This document shows positions 47,502 to 57,273 of a stretch of DNA of 64,000 bases, piece after piece. The translations under genes were made by a program, and so were the position numbers. Every line of letters begins with the position of its first letter. Within the stretch, counting starts at the first letter, position 1. The DNA comes from Candidatus Woesearchaeota archaeon (GTDB lineage: Archaea > Nanobdellota > Nanobdellia > Woesearchaeales > JABGUJ01), in the NCBI GenBank assembly GCA_018646625.1, contig JABGUJ010000002.1:226843-290842 (forward strand). The letters run 5' to 3'. A model generated the notes under the pieces. It made no database searches. It saw nothing but the letters and a program-made list of their open reading frames with translations, and was not told where the DNA came from.

Positions 47502-47846
47502 ATGCATATAAAAAAGGATGATACTAATAGAGTCGATGTGACTCTGGCCTGTGTGGTGAATGAGTATCAGTTCGGCAAGAAAGGATTGGGATTGGCTACA
47601 GCAACAATTAATGGCAGACATCCTCTATCTGGTAAGATAGTTAATGAAGAATGCGATTCTATGTACTACATTATTTCTGGCAAAGGAATAATCCATCATG
47701 AAACTGGAGACTATGAAGTAAATGAAGGTGATGCTTTTTATTTTGAAAAAGGTAAGTGGTACTGGGTTGAAGGTGAAAATATGAAAATTGTTGAACCTTC
47801 TGCACCTGCATGGTTTTATGAACAACATAAAAACTTAGAAGATTAA
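47502..47846 (+). CDS. Cupin-domain protein
   Basis: YYIISGKG, EVNEGDAFYFEKGKWYW. Confidence 0.75.
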   Translation: MHIKKDDTNRVDVTLACVVNEYQFGKKGLGLATATINGRHPLSGKIVNEECDSMYYIISGKGIIHHETGDYEVNEGDAFYFEKGKWYWVEGENMKIVEPSAPAWFYEQHKNLED

Positions 47847-48841
47847 TTCTTACTAAGTATATTCTCAGGGAAGAAAGTACACTTATGCACCTTAAGAACT
47901 TCAAAAACAACTTCATCTCCAATCAAATCCTCAAACTCATCGTTAATTTTATCTTGAATCATATTAAAATCTTCCAAAGTTTTGGTATGAAAATCTATCA
48001 TTAATCCCCAGTTACCAACTCCTTTAACTATATAGTATACCTCTAATTGATTCTTCAAAAAATTCACAAACTTTTTTTTACGTTTTTCAGAAGAGTACTG
48101 AAACTGTATAAGCATTATATGCCAAGAGTAACCGACTCGAGAAACATCGAGTATTGGTTTATATGCTTGAATTAAACGTGACTTTTCTAATTTTTTCATA
48201 GAGTGTCTTACCATTTCTAGAGTAAGTCCACTTTCCTTTGATAACTCATTTTTAGTTATTCTGGCGTTCTGAGAAAGCTCTTTTAGAACTAGTAAATCAT
48301 TCTTCTTTAGAATCAAAGGTTCAGGATTGCCTAATAAACTCTGTATTGGAAACTCTTCTTTTGGCGAATCCAATACTGCTTTGTATGATAATTGATGAGC
48401 TTCAATAACGATGAAGAAATCATATCGAATAACTCTATTTCCCAGAATGTCCATCACCTTTGCTAAGGATTTGTCAAACTCTGAAGGATCTTTCGCCATT
48501 AGACAAACTACTAGCTTCCATTCCCCTCTTGACTTTACAAACCAACCAACCTCAGGCATATCTTTGATTCTTTCAAAAACTCTTTTCTCATCTGATTTAG
48601 AAAAATGTTTCAATTTGAAAAAAACATTATAGAAAGTATATCCTAATCTTTGAAGATCAATGTAAGTAACGAACTGAGTAATCACTCCTTTCTCTATCAG
48701 ATTATTAATTCTGTAAAAAACTACTTCTTTAGAAAGTCCTGTTTTCTTTGCTATTTGTATGGTGCTTTGTCTAGAATTTCTGTTTAGCTCTCTAATTATC
48801 TTCTTATCCTTCAAATCTAATGATAGATTTTTTACCCCCAC
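47843..48841 (-). CDS. Lrp/AsnC-family regulator with duplicated modules (paralog of 17558-18592)
   Basis: LDLKDKKIIRELNRNSRQSTIQIAKKTGLSKEVVFYRI; second HTH ELSQNARIT. Confidence 0.85.
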   Translation of the reverse strand: MGVKNLSLDLKDKKIIRELNRNSRQSTIQIAKKTGLSKEVVFYRINNLIEKGVITQFVTYIDLQRLGYTFYNVFFKLKHFSKSDEKRVFERIKDMPEVGWFVKSRGEWKLVVCLMAKDPSEFDKSLAKVMDILGNRVIRYDFFIVIEAHQLSYKAVLDSPKEEFPIQSLLGNPEPLILKKNDLLVLKELSQNARITKNELSKESGLTLEMVRHSMKKLEKSRLIQAYKPILDVSRVGYSWHIMLIQFQYSSEKRKKKFVNFLKNQLEVYYIVKGVGNWGLMIDFHTKTLEDFNMIQDKINDEFEDLIGDEVVFEVLKVHKCTFFPENILSKN

Positions 48842-48996
48842 ATTTGAAGTAAAGTGGTACTAATATATAAATTTGTCACAATTTGATAGAAATTCGCCCC
48901 AGTTAAACTTAATAAACATTAGGACATTCTAAGTATGGGGGTAACAAGTAACTTCACTTGAAGTGATTTCTGAGACGACTTAGTAAAAAAGAAGAG

Positions 48997-49284
48997 GTGA
49001 TTAATTTGATAGATATAGATTCTGAGCTAGGTTTTCCTATAGAGGATGACCTACCCATTTATGAAGTTGCAGGACTCTATCTTAGTACCGGCACCGTAAA
49101 AGCAGTTATGCCTGCAAAGATAGTTCGAGCATTTGGTTTTGAAAAGAAAAATCATTCAATCTCTGCCGTATGGCATTACACGACATCAGAGAAATTCTCC
49201 ATTAATAAAATAAAAGAATTACAAAATAAGAAAGTTAAGTACTGTCTATTCATTCCAGTAAAAAGGAAGTACAAAAAGACCTAG
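48997..49284 (+). CDS. Hypothetical protein, possibly AbrB-like
   Basis: GTVKAVMPAKIVRAFG resembles a swapped-hairpin motif; GAGGTGA at the start. Confidence 0.5.
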   Translation: MINLIDIDSELGFPIEDDLPIYEVAGLYLSTGTVKAVMPAKIVRAFGFEKKNHSISAVWHYTTSEKFSINKIKELQNKKVKYCLFIPVKRKYKKT

Positions 49285-49348
49285 GGTCATATTGACTGGA
49301 TAATCCCGTCATAAACTTTATATCTTATTTCATAAAAACAACTTTAGG

Positions 49349-49558
49349 ATGGCCCAACATAAGAAAAAAACAGTTTCTAAAAAGAAAGATTCTCTAGAAG
49401 AGCTCAAGAAGAAGGTTAAATCTATGGAAGATTACTTGGGACCTAAACTTGATTGGAGTATGAATCACTGGCCCATGTATGAACCTGACCGATGGATTCT
49501 AGAATATTGTATGCTACTTAAACAACGCTATTATCAAAAAATGAGACGAATGAAATGA
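49349..49558 (+). CDS. Small basic hypothetical protein
   Basis: TTTATA box ~30 bp upstream; 69 codons. Confidence 0.5.
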   Translation: MAQHKKKTVSKKKDSLEELKKKVKSMEDYLGPKLDWSMNHWPMYEPDRWILEYCMLLKQRYYQKMRRMK

Positions 49559-49698
49559 GTAACACATCAATAGAATATTTACATACAAATGCACACAAAG
49601 AAAGAAAATTCTAACAAGGTCGAAGCGGGTCTAGCTTTCGGCCCCGTAGAGAAAATATTTTAGATACTTTTATATATATCAACAGGTGGTTGATAACC

Positions 49699-49986
49699 AT
49701 GGGATTATTTGGTTTTTGGAGAAAGAAGAAGGTTACATATAAACTTGTAAAGGATGGTAAAGCCACATACATTGGTACCACTAATAATCCCAAGCGTAGA
49801 AACGTAGAGCATTCTAAAAGTGGAAAAAAATATGATTATTTGCAAGTTACTTCCTCACGAGTTTCAAAATCTGAAGCTGAAAGAAGAGAAACAAGAAACT
49901 TGCGTTCATACAAAAAAGCGACAGGAAAAAGACCCACATACAACAAAACTTCGGATGGTAAATTTAAATTTAAAAAGAAATATTGA
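49699..49986 (+). CDS. Minimal GIY-YIG nuclease-domain protein
   Basis: VTYKL..DGKATYIGTTNNPKRRNVEH, EAERRE, PTYN. Confidence 0.75.
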   Translation: MGLFGFWRKKKVTYKLVKDGKATYIGTTNNPKRRNVEHSKSGKKYDYLQVTSSRVSKSEAERRETRNLRSYKKATGKRPTYNKTSDGKFKFKKKY

Positions 49987-50156
49987 TTCATGTTCTCGTA
50001 AGCAAATTCTCAAATAAGTACTCCCTGCGTTTGAACTCATATAGCTTTCAATTTTGACATCCAAAAAGGAAATTTTAAATAGTCTAAAGGCTTGTAAATT
50101 TATAGCGTAGAATCAGGTTAAACGTGCTACGGATGCGGAAAGAAGCCCGTACTCCA

Positions 50157-50169
50157 GGGCGGCAGCGTT
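50157..50169 (+). repeat. attR: duplication of the tRNA-Ser 3' end
   Basis: 13-bp exact match to 38948-38960; GC-rich in an AT-rich intergenic context. Confidence 0.8.
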
Positions 50170-50224
50170 TCTTTTAATTCTAAGATCATAAATTATTTAA
50201 GACCTATCTCACCTCTAATAGAAT

Positions 50225-51322
50225 ATGGATTTATCGAGACTTCTAATAAAGCACATCTTTAATCGTTCTGGAATAAGTGTTGGCAGTTCAAAAGATAATG
50301 ATGTAGTGATTAATGATTCTTCATACTATAGGGATGTTTTGTTAAAGGGTTCTTTAGGATTGGGTAATTCTTACATGGATGGTAAATGGAATAGTGACTC
50401 AATTGATGATGTGATTTATAGATTATTATCATCCGGCACACACCAGAGATTAGCACCGCTATATAATACATTTAGAGATTTGAAAGGTTTCGTTATGAAT
50501 CGACAATCTAGACAAAGAGCTAGAAAAGTAATAGAAAATCATTATGACTTACCTTCAGAATTTTATGCATCTTTCTTAGATTCGTCATTCCAATATACTT
50601 GCGCATTCTTTGATGGTACGAATGATTTAGAACAAGCTCAGATCAATAAAATGGAATTGATTTGCCAGAAATTAAAATTGAAACCAGGTCAAAGAGTTCT
50701 AGATATTGGTGGTGGATGGGGTGGACTAGCCAGATACATGGCAGATCATTATGGCGTTAAACCAACTGTTGTAACATTGTCTCAAGAGCAAGCAGATCAC
50801 ATGAGAAGAGTTCACGGTGATAAAATAGAAGTGTTGTTGTGCGACTATAGGGATCTCCCTGATGAATTAGAGGGGGCAGAGTTTGATGCAGTCTCTGCGG
50901 TAGGTGTTATGGAACATGTTGGTCATAAAAACTATGGAAAGTTTATGGAAGTAATCGATAGCAGTTTGAAGCGTGGCGGAAGGTTCTTATTACATACATT
51001 ATATACTCACAGTTTGTTGCCTCAACAAAATCCATGGGTAGATGAACACATCTTCCCTAACGGAGAATTGCCCCCAATTAAATCAATAAGAAATCATGCT
51101 CAAAATCATTTTCACGAGCTAGGAATGCACGAGTTAACTCCTAATTATACTCTTACGTTGCAAGCCTGGGATCGTAATCTAAGTCAAGCTATCGAGTCTG
51201 GAAAAGTAAAACTCAGTAAGAGAGAACAAAGAAAATGGCATTATTATTTTATGTCATATGCTGGTGCGTTTAGAGCAGAACGTGTTAGAGTAGGACAATT
51301 TCTTTATGAGAAAAAATCTTAG
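50225..51322 (+). CDS. cfa: Cyclopropane-fatty-acyl-phospholipid synthase family methyltransferase
   Basis: GSLGLGNSYMDGKW, HYDL, QYTCAFF, LEQAQINKMELICQKL, LDIGGGWG, VGVMEHVG, IFPNGELP, YTLTLQAW. Confidence 0.9.
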   Translation: MDLSRLLIKHIFNRSGISVGSSKDNDVVINDSSYYRDVLLKGSLGLGNSYMDGKWNSDSIDDVIYRLLSSGTHQRLAPLYNTFRDLKGFVMNRQSRQRARKVIENHYDLPSEFYASFLDSSFQYTCAFFDGTNDLEQAQINKMELICQKLKLKPGQRVLDIGGGWGGLARYMADHYGVKPTVVTLSQEQADHMRRVHGDKIEVLLCDYRDLPDELEGAEFDAVSAVGVMEHVGHKNYGKFMEVIDSSLKRGGRFLLHTLYTHSLLPQQNPWVDEHIFPNGELPPIKSIRNHAQNHFHELGMHELTPNYTLTLQAWDRNLSQAIESGKVKLSKREQRKWHYYFMSYAGAFRAERVRVGQFLYEKKS

Positions 51323-51359
51323 ATCGAGTATAGATTCTTTTATTTCTTCGATAAAATAA

Positions 51360-52691
51360 TTAATTCTTAAAAACTAATTGTCCAATACCTAGCAGAATAA
51401 ATGATGCGGGAAAAGACATTAATGCAGATTCTACAGATATTCCAATAACAATGCAGGCTACAACTGATGCTAGTACCCCTCCAATAATACTCAATACAAC
51501 CGCTTTTGCTTTTAGATTGTATTTGAATGAGAATATTACTGCAGCAAATAATGCAAAGTAAACTCCCGCAATTGAGAGTATCACACTCACTATAGAAGTT
51601 AACAGAAGAGCAAGAATTATTCCAAGAATTCCAAAAACAATTGAACATATTCTGGTATTTGTTGCAAAATTATGTTTGGATAATCTATCAAACTTACTTA
51701 GAAAGTCTTTACTAACACTTGTTGAGAGGACAAATAAAAATGTATCTAGCGAAGACATAATTGCGGCGAATAAAATGACTAACCCAATTCCCAACAGATA
51801 GGGCGGCAGAAGATTAGAAAATCCAACGACTAATGCAGTCTCAGGAACAATATCAGGAAATCTTGATTGCACGAATAGGCCCATCAAGACGATAATGGTA
51901 AGTATGGCAGCAGTAATGAACCCAGACCAAATAAGAGATTTCTTAACAATCTTTTTATTCTTTCCTGCATATATTCTTTGCCAGATTTCTGCTCCAGTAA
52001 TTGTTACTATAATACCATACAAAAGGAATGCCGCAATGTTTGCAGGACCTGCCGAGAATATCTTTAAACTATCAGAAGTTATTTCACCAGAGTTTACAAA
52101 AAGAAATATTGCCAAAATTGCCAGTAAGAATATCACAAAATATTGAAAGACATCAGTTCTTATTACGGCTTTGAACCCTGCAGCAGTTATATATGCAACA
52201 ACTACAACCCCGATAAGAATTATGGAAAAAGGATACGACCAACCAGTTATTGACGATAAAACGATTCCGCCTGCAATAAATTGAATAAGTAAAAATCCAA
52301 GATATGATATGAAGATAACAGCTGCAGCGGGTATGCTTGCAGTCTTACCATATTTCTGATGTATAAAATCAGGCAAAGTGTAAAACTTGTGTTTGTCTGC
52401 AAGTTTCTTTATCGTTGGAGCAAGTAATGCAAGAATCAAGAAACCTATCAAAGTTCCAATCGCCGACCAGAGAAATGAGATGCCATATTCGTAAACAAAA
52501 GCCATCGTTGTAACAATCATGTTACCGCCAACCATACTCGCAACCATCGTCGCAGTCAGAACAAAAGTCCCAACATTTCTGTTAGCTAAAAGAAATCCTT
52601 CATCATCTTCTTTTCTGCTAGCCTTAAAGCCAATATATAGAACTATTATAAAATATAAAACAACCAGAATAATGCTTAGTGCATCTAACAT
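51360..52691 (-). CDS. Sodium:solute symporter (SSS family)
   Basis: ~13 TM; FLLANR, GFKAVIRTDVFQ, WQRIYA, AAIMSSLD. Confidence 0.9.
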   Translation of the reverse strand: MLDALSIILVVLYFIIVLYIGFKASRKEDDEGFLLANRNVGTFVLTATMVASMVGGNMIVTTMAFVYEYGISFLWSAIGTLIGFLILALLAPTIKKLADKHKFYTLPDFIHQKYGKTASIPAAAVIFISYLGFLLIQFIAGGIVLSSITGWSYPFSIILIGVVVVAYITAAGFKAVIRTDVFQYFVIFLLAILAIFLFVNSGEITSDSLKIFSAGPANIAAFLLYGIIVTITGAEIWQRIYAGKNKKIVKKSLIWSGFITAAILTIIVLMGLFVQSRFPDIVPETALVVGFSNLLPPYLLGIGLVILFAAIMSSLDTFLFVLSTSVSKDFLSKFDRLSKHNFATNTRICSIVFGILGIILALLLTSIVSVILSIAGVYFALFAAVIFSFKYNLKAKAVVLSIIGGVLASVVACIVIGISVESALMSFPASFILLGIGQLVFKN

Positions 52692-52746
52692 GTTATTAAA
52701 ATCAGGCTTTTTGGTTTATTAATCTATCGAAATATCTGCAGTGTTT

Positions 52747-53805
52747 TTATTTCTTAAGAAGATGTATATGTGTTATCTCACTTGTAGATCCTAGTCTCAT
52801 AGAAGGTCCCCAAGTTCCAGTTCCAGGTGATACGTAAACTGATTGATTGTTTTCTTGATATAAACCATGATTTAGAGGGTAAATTGCGCCAACGATTAAA
52901 TTGAAAGGAAATAGTTGGCCTGCGTGAGTGTGACCAGATAGAACTAAATCTACGTTTGAGTGCGATATGTCTGCGAAAGTAATTGGTACGTGGGAGAGAA
53001 AAATGTTAAATCTTTCTTTGTCAAGATCATCTATGAGTGTGCTTACGTTACGACTTGTGCCATAATCTCTGCCGATGATTGTGAATTCTGTGTTGTACTC
53101 CACAGTTCTGTCTTTTAGTAGTACCATCTTAGTGTTTTCAAGGAGATTATCATCTTTTATGCCGGTGTGTGATTCATGATTTCCGTTTACAAAGAATACT
53201 GGTGCGCTAATGTTTGCAATCCAATTAAAGTCTTCTTGAGTTAAGTCAGATGAATCAACTAAGTCTCCCGTTATGAATACAAAATCAGGTTTAAGTTCGT
53301 TAGTTAATGGCACTATTTTGTTTGGCAACTTTTGTTTATTTAGCACATCAAGATGTATATCCGTTAGAAGAACAATAGAAGCGTTATCTGAGATTTTATC
53401 CGTATATATGTTTACGTCTTCGACTACAATAGAAAGTGCACTGTAGAAACTAAACATAATAAGAACTAATGACACTATTAAGATAAAATGCCTTAATGCT
53501 TTTTTTGACTTGATAAAAAGTCTTAGTACCTCAGTTAATAGAAAAACGGAGAATACCGTCATTAATATTCCAAGATAAGTGAATGATACTGTAGATATTA
53601 ACCTTGATGTCGTTGATTCGAACATTCTAGATAGAATAACGGAACCAGGTACACACAGCACTATGAAAATAGTTAATAGAAGCTTTCGTTTTGTGTATTT
53701 TATCTTGAATGTGCTGCAAATTCTTCTTAGAAGATAAAAATGTATTAGAAAGATCATAAGGATCATCGATCCTAACATTAGAATAAATTGTAGTACTCTA
53801 ATCAT
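52747..53805 (-). CDS. Membrane-anchored metallophosphoesterase (YkuE-like)
   Basis: TDIH, TGDLVD, GNHE, SGHTHAGQ, GTWGPSMRLG. Confidence 0.9.
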   Translation of the reverse strand: MIRVLQFILMLGSMILMIFLIHFYLLRRICSTFKIKYTKRKLLLTIFIVLCVPGSVILSRMFESTTSRLISTVSFTYLGILMTVFSVFLLTEVLRLFIKSKKALRHFILIVSLVLIMFSFYSALSIVVEDVNIYTDKISDNASIVLLTDIHLDVLNKQKLPNKIVPLTNELKPDFVFITGDLVDSSDLTQEDFNWIANISAPVFFVNGNHESHTGIKDDNLLENTKMVLLKDRTVEYNTEFTIIGRDYGTSRNVSTLIDDLDKERFNIFLSHVPITFADISHSNVDLVLSGHTHAGQLFPFNLIVGAIYPLNHGLYQENNQSVYVSPGTGTWGPSMRLGSTSEITHIHLLKK

Positions 53806-56129
53806 TTTTTACCGTAGATGAATATGTGTGTAGAAAGGGCCTTCTTTTTTATCGAGTACTTGGCTTTTAGTTTTTGTTTCTTGAACAGTTTTAGGATTTC
53901 TTTTTTGTTTTCAATTAAAACTGCGTTGGGAGTTACATTTAGTAGATGATGATGTATGTGGAAGCAGAACTTTCCATTTTTGTTTAAGATCTTCTTAATG
54001 TATTTAATGAATCCTTCAGGGTCTTTAATGTATCCTAGAGCGTTAAATGAGACGAGAATGTCAACTTTCTTTATTTTCTTAGGTATTTTCCAACTGCCAC
54101 GATAAGTTATTGTGATGTCTTTCTTGTATTTTTTAGGAATCTGTTTTTTGAACTCTTTTATTTCTTCTCTTATCTGATCAACTGCATGTATTTTCTTAAA
54201 TGGTAAGTTGTTCTTTATTATTTGTCTAGTAAATCCACCTGTGCCGCAGTTATAGTCTAGAATAACTGACTTTTTCTTTAATGGTCCTACGTATTTTAGT
54301 ATCTTCTTGAATGTTCGTCCAGGTAATGGTAGAGCATTGTACTGGTGTGATAATTTAGCCAACCAACTTCTTCTCAACTTTACATATTTGTCGTCGTAGA
54401 ATATCTCAATAAAGAAATATGCAGGTAATCCTAATGCAACCAGCAATCCGGAGATTCTTAGTAAGTTGAAAGCGCCATGAGTTTCTTGTGTAAACATGTA
54501 AAGCAGGAACAGCATAAAAATAATAGTTAATATCGGACCTACTTTTCCTAACGGAACTTTGTAAGGACGTTGCATTTTTGGTTTTTTGAATCTTAAGATT
54601 ACTACAGAGAGTAGTACGGCTGAATAGATTACTAGTATTAGCGGAATTAGTAAATGTAGTAACGTTTCATAAGAACCTGAGCCTATGTAAACAAGTACAG
54701 AGATGACTAATGCCTGAAATATGATAGAAATGTAGGGGCTCTTGTATTTGGGATGGATCTTTGCAAATTGTACAAAAAAGAGTTTATCCTCGGCAATCGA
54801 CATTAATAGTCTTGGCGCTGTAACAATCCAGCAAGCAACTGCTCCAATGATTGAAGTAAACACAAGTAGAGTAAATATGATTGATCCTACGCCTCCGAAG
54901 TACACTCCACCTAGATCTCTTAGAGGTGCAGTGGATTCTCCAAACTGTTCCCAAGGTATTGCACCTGTGCCCGTCAATGCCAGTAATAGTGCTATTACAG
55001 CAATAATAATTGTTCCGTAGATTAATGCTTTTGGCATTATCTTTTTCGGATTTTTTGTTTCAGCAGATAGAAATATTGCACTTTCCCAACCGAAGAACGT
55101 TTCTGCAATGAAAAATATCGCTAATACAATATTTATCGTTGGGAAAACAAAGAATGGTGTGAAGTTAGAAGGTTCTAAATTGAAAAATCCGGGTATGATT
55201 ATTGCAGCAACTGTTCCTAGCGTGATTAAAGCAAATGTAACAAGCATGTAAGTGCTAGTTTGCATCCCTCGGAATGCAATGTAGTTGAAGATTAAGATTA
55301 ATAAAATAGCTATAGGGACGTAAGCAAAAGAATATTTCGCAGGAATAAGATATTGTAATGCCCCTAGAAGAAGCATAGATATAGTTACACTACCAGCAAT
55401 AGCAGTACTCCAGCCAATTAAAAACGACCAAAATCGTCCGTAGGACTGTTTTGCGAATTCATATACCCCTCCCGCCTTTGGAAACATCGCAGTTAACTCC
55501 GAGAAACACATTGCAATGTAGATTGCAACTAACGATAGTAAAGTCCAAGAGATTAATGATGCTGGTCCTGCGTGTTTTGCTCCTGCAGCAGTTAAGAACC
55601 AGATTCCAGTACCCATGATTGAATTAATTGTAACTAGCAGAATAACTCTAAAGCTTAGCACACCTTTCATTTGTTTTTCGTGAGGTTGAACTTTTCGAAT
55701 TTTTGCTTTTTTTACGTGACCACGCATTCTAAGAAATCTTGGAGCTCTCGTTCCAAGTCTAATTAGTTTTAGGAATCTGCCGTATTTAGCAAATCTTGCG
55801 GTCCTCGAAACAATTCTAACTCCCTTAAGTGCTCTCGTGAAAACTAAATGATCCATACCTAAAAATATTAAGTTGAATGGAATAGAAGCAATAATATCTA
55901 GCCAGTGTTTCTTAAAATATTCTTTAAAGTTTGGTGTTTCAAACCATCTATAGTAAAGATCTATTATGAATACTAGAACTAGGAATAAATCAAATGCATC
56001 AATCCAGAAACTGTACCTTGAAACGTCTGTGAATATCTCAAAAATGCTTAGAGTAAGTAAGATGACAAGCAATGGCGGTATTAATGACTGTACTAAGTTA
56101 TCAAGCTTGCTTTTTACCGTCCAAATCAC
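53802..56129 (-). CDS. Fusion: voltage-sensor-like domain + APC amino acid permease + class I methyltransferase-like domain
   Basis: S2 FLVLVFIIDLYYRW, S3 HWLDIIASIPF, S4 RALKGVRIVSRTARFAKYGRFLKLIR; APC TM1 SIMGTGIW, SEL..MFPKAGG, FGWE; ILDYNCGTGG. Confidence 0.8.
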   Translation of the reverse strand: MIWTVKSKLDNLVQSLIPPLLVILLTLSIFEIFTDVSRYSFWIDAFDLFLVLVFIIDLYYRWFETPNFKEYFKKHWLDIIASIPFNLIFLGMDHLVFTRALKGVRIVSRTARFAKYGRFLKLIRLGTRAPRFLRMRGHVKKAKIRKVQPHEKQMKGVLSFRVILLVTINSIMGTGIWFLTAAGAKHAGPASLISWTLLSLVAIYIAMCFSELTAMFPKAGGVYEFAKQSYGRFWSFLIGWSTAIAGSVTISMLLLGALQYLIPAKYSFAYVPIAILLILIFNYIAFRGMQTSTYMLVTFALITLGTVAAIIIPGFFNLEPSNFTPFFVFPTINIVLAIFFIAETFFGWESAIFLSAETKNPKKIMPKALIYGTIIIAVIALLLALTGTGAIPWEQFGESTAPLRDLGGVYFGGVGSIIFTLLVFTSIIGAVACWIVTAPRLLMSIAEDKLFFVQFAKIHPKYKSPYISIIFQALVISVLVYIGSGSYETLLHLLIPLILVIYSAVLLSVVILRFKKPKMQRPYKVPLGKVGPILTIIFMLFLLYMFTQETHGAFNLLRISGLLVALGLPAYFFIEIFYDDKYVKLRRSWLAKLSHQYNALPLPGRTFKKILKYVGPLKKKSVILDYNCGTGGFTRQIIKNNLPFKKIHAVDQIREEIKEFKKQIPKKYKKDITITYRGSWKIPKKIKKVDILVSFNALGYIKDPEGFIKYIKKILNKNGKFCFHIHHHLLNVTPNAVLIENKKEILKLFKKQKLKAKYSIKKKALSTHIFIYGKK

Positions 56130-56173
56130 CTCTATTGCTTAAATTCATATTTTTAGCTATATAAATATATTGG

Positions 56174-56449
56174 TTAAAGTTCGAATTCTTCAATAAATCC
56201 CAGAATTAATTTGTATTTTTCAAGAAAGCTAAATCCTTTGTCAGTCAAAGTTATGTATTTCTTCTTTTTCTTGTCATACTCTTCTCTTATTAACTCTTTA
56301 TCCAATAGCTCGTTGTAGTATTCTAAGAAACTTTGAGAAGAAACATTGGTGTATCGTAATAATGGAGTAGGCTTAATAGAATTATCATGATTATGTATTA
56401 TCTTGAGTATCGTGTAGATTATTTCTAATCTATCTCTTTTTTTTGGCAT
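56174..56449 (-). CDS. Archaeal winged-helix transcriptional regulator
   Basis: KRDRLEIIYTIL, KPTPLL, YITLTDKGFSFL. Confidence 0.8.
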   Translation of the reverse strand: MPKKRDRLEIIYTILKIIHNHDNSIKPTPLLRYTNVSSQSFLEYYNELLDKELIREEYDKKKKKYITLTDKGFSFLEKYKLILGFIEEFEL

Positions 56450-57137
56450 TAGAAAATAACCTCTTTCGCACTCTTATGAAGATCCATAAGAAAATTGCAG
56501 CAGATATGACATATAATGGAATCTTAAGTTCTTGAGGAATTACTCCTTTAGTAAGAGTCAATATGTTGAGTATCCAGAAAATAAACAATAACAAATAGGT
56601 TATCTTGTTTTGAGATATTATTCCTTTTGTTTTCTTTTTAGGAATTGAAAATATAATTGAAACTATAAATACAACACTAAGAACTAGTATTAACACGTGG
56701 TGAGATCTAGTAAGGGCTACAATCACTGCAAGGATGATGGCAACAATGTGTAAACTATTGTTTAACGTATGTAATCCATCTTTATGATTCTTTATTTTTT
56801 TAATCAATGCAGCCATTGCGACAGAGAGTACTGCCATAGTACTAAAGTATCCAACGAGAAGTAGGCTAATTGGTTGTAGAGCCCTTATGTTCTGAAACAT
56901 TCTAGGATCTAAAAGTAATATTATAGATATGTGAAGTAATCTAAATGCATATGCCAATGCAAAGTACAGAAAGATATTCCTAAAGTGAAATATCCCTTGG
57001 TGTTTGGTTAGATTGTATGCATCTCTGGTTTTATAGTATATAAAAATACATACACAAAATACCAGAATAAAATAAATTATTTCCGTCGCTAGAATCTCCA
57101 AAGGGATCATCTGTTTAAACATCATGTGAGGTGGCAT
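56430..57137 (-). CDS. Multi-pass (about 7 TM) membrane protein, possible sensor
   Basis: About seven hydrophobic segments; overlaps the wHTH gene. Confidence 0.65.
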   Translation of the reverse strand: MPPHMMFKQMIPLEILATEIIYFILVFCVCIFIYYKTRDAYNLTKHQGIFHFRNIFLYFALAYAFRLLHISIILLLDPRMFQNIRALQPISLLLVGYFSTMAVLSVAMAALIKKIKNHKDGLHTLNNSLHIVAIILAVIVALTRSHHVLILVLSVVFIVSIIFSIPKKKTKGIISQNKITYLLLFIFWILNILTLTKGVIPQELKIPLYVISAAIFLWIFIRVRKRLFSNAKKKR

Positions 57138-57273
57138 TTTATTATTAATCTGTTTTTTCTATTTATAAAAGATGTGGACGATTAGTGTACATTTGGCCTT
57201 CTTCTTGCTTATATACGATTATGACGTTTATTGCTACAGGTGTGTTGAGAATGCACTAAAGGAGGGAATAGAA

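Larger units (their letters stand above)
38948..50169. mobile_element. tRNA-Ser-integrated element (degenerate ICE / genomic island), ~11.2 kb
   Basis: Direct repeat GGGCGGCAGCGTT at 38948-38960 (tRNA 3' end) and 50157-50169; integrase next to the left junction; pilin and nuclease cargo. Confidence 0.8.

Noticed and set aside
49605..49670. Integron attC site (TCTAAC followed by a hairpin)
   Set aside because: No matching GTTRRRY R' box, no repeated attC-like sites between cargo genes, and the integrase looks like a tRNA-targeting type rather than IntI.
50100..50170. Second tRNA gene
   Set aside because: Only the last 13 bp match the tRNA; there is no T-loop or cloverleaf, so it is interpreted as attR.
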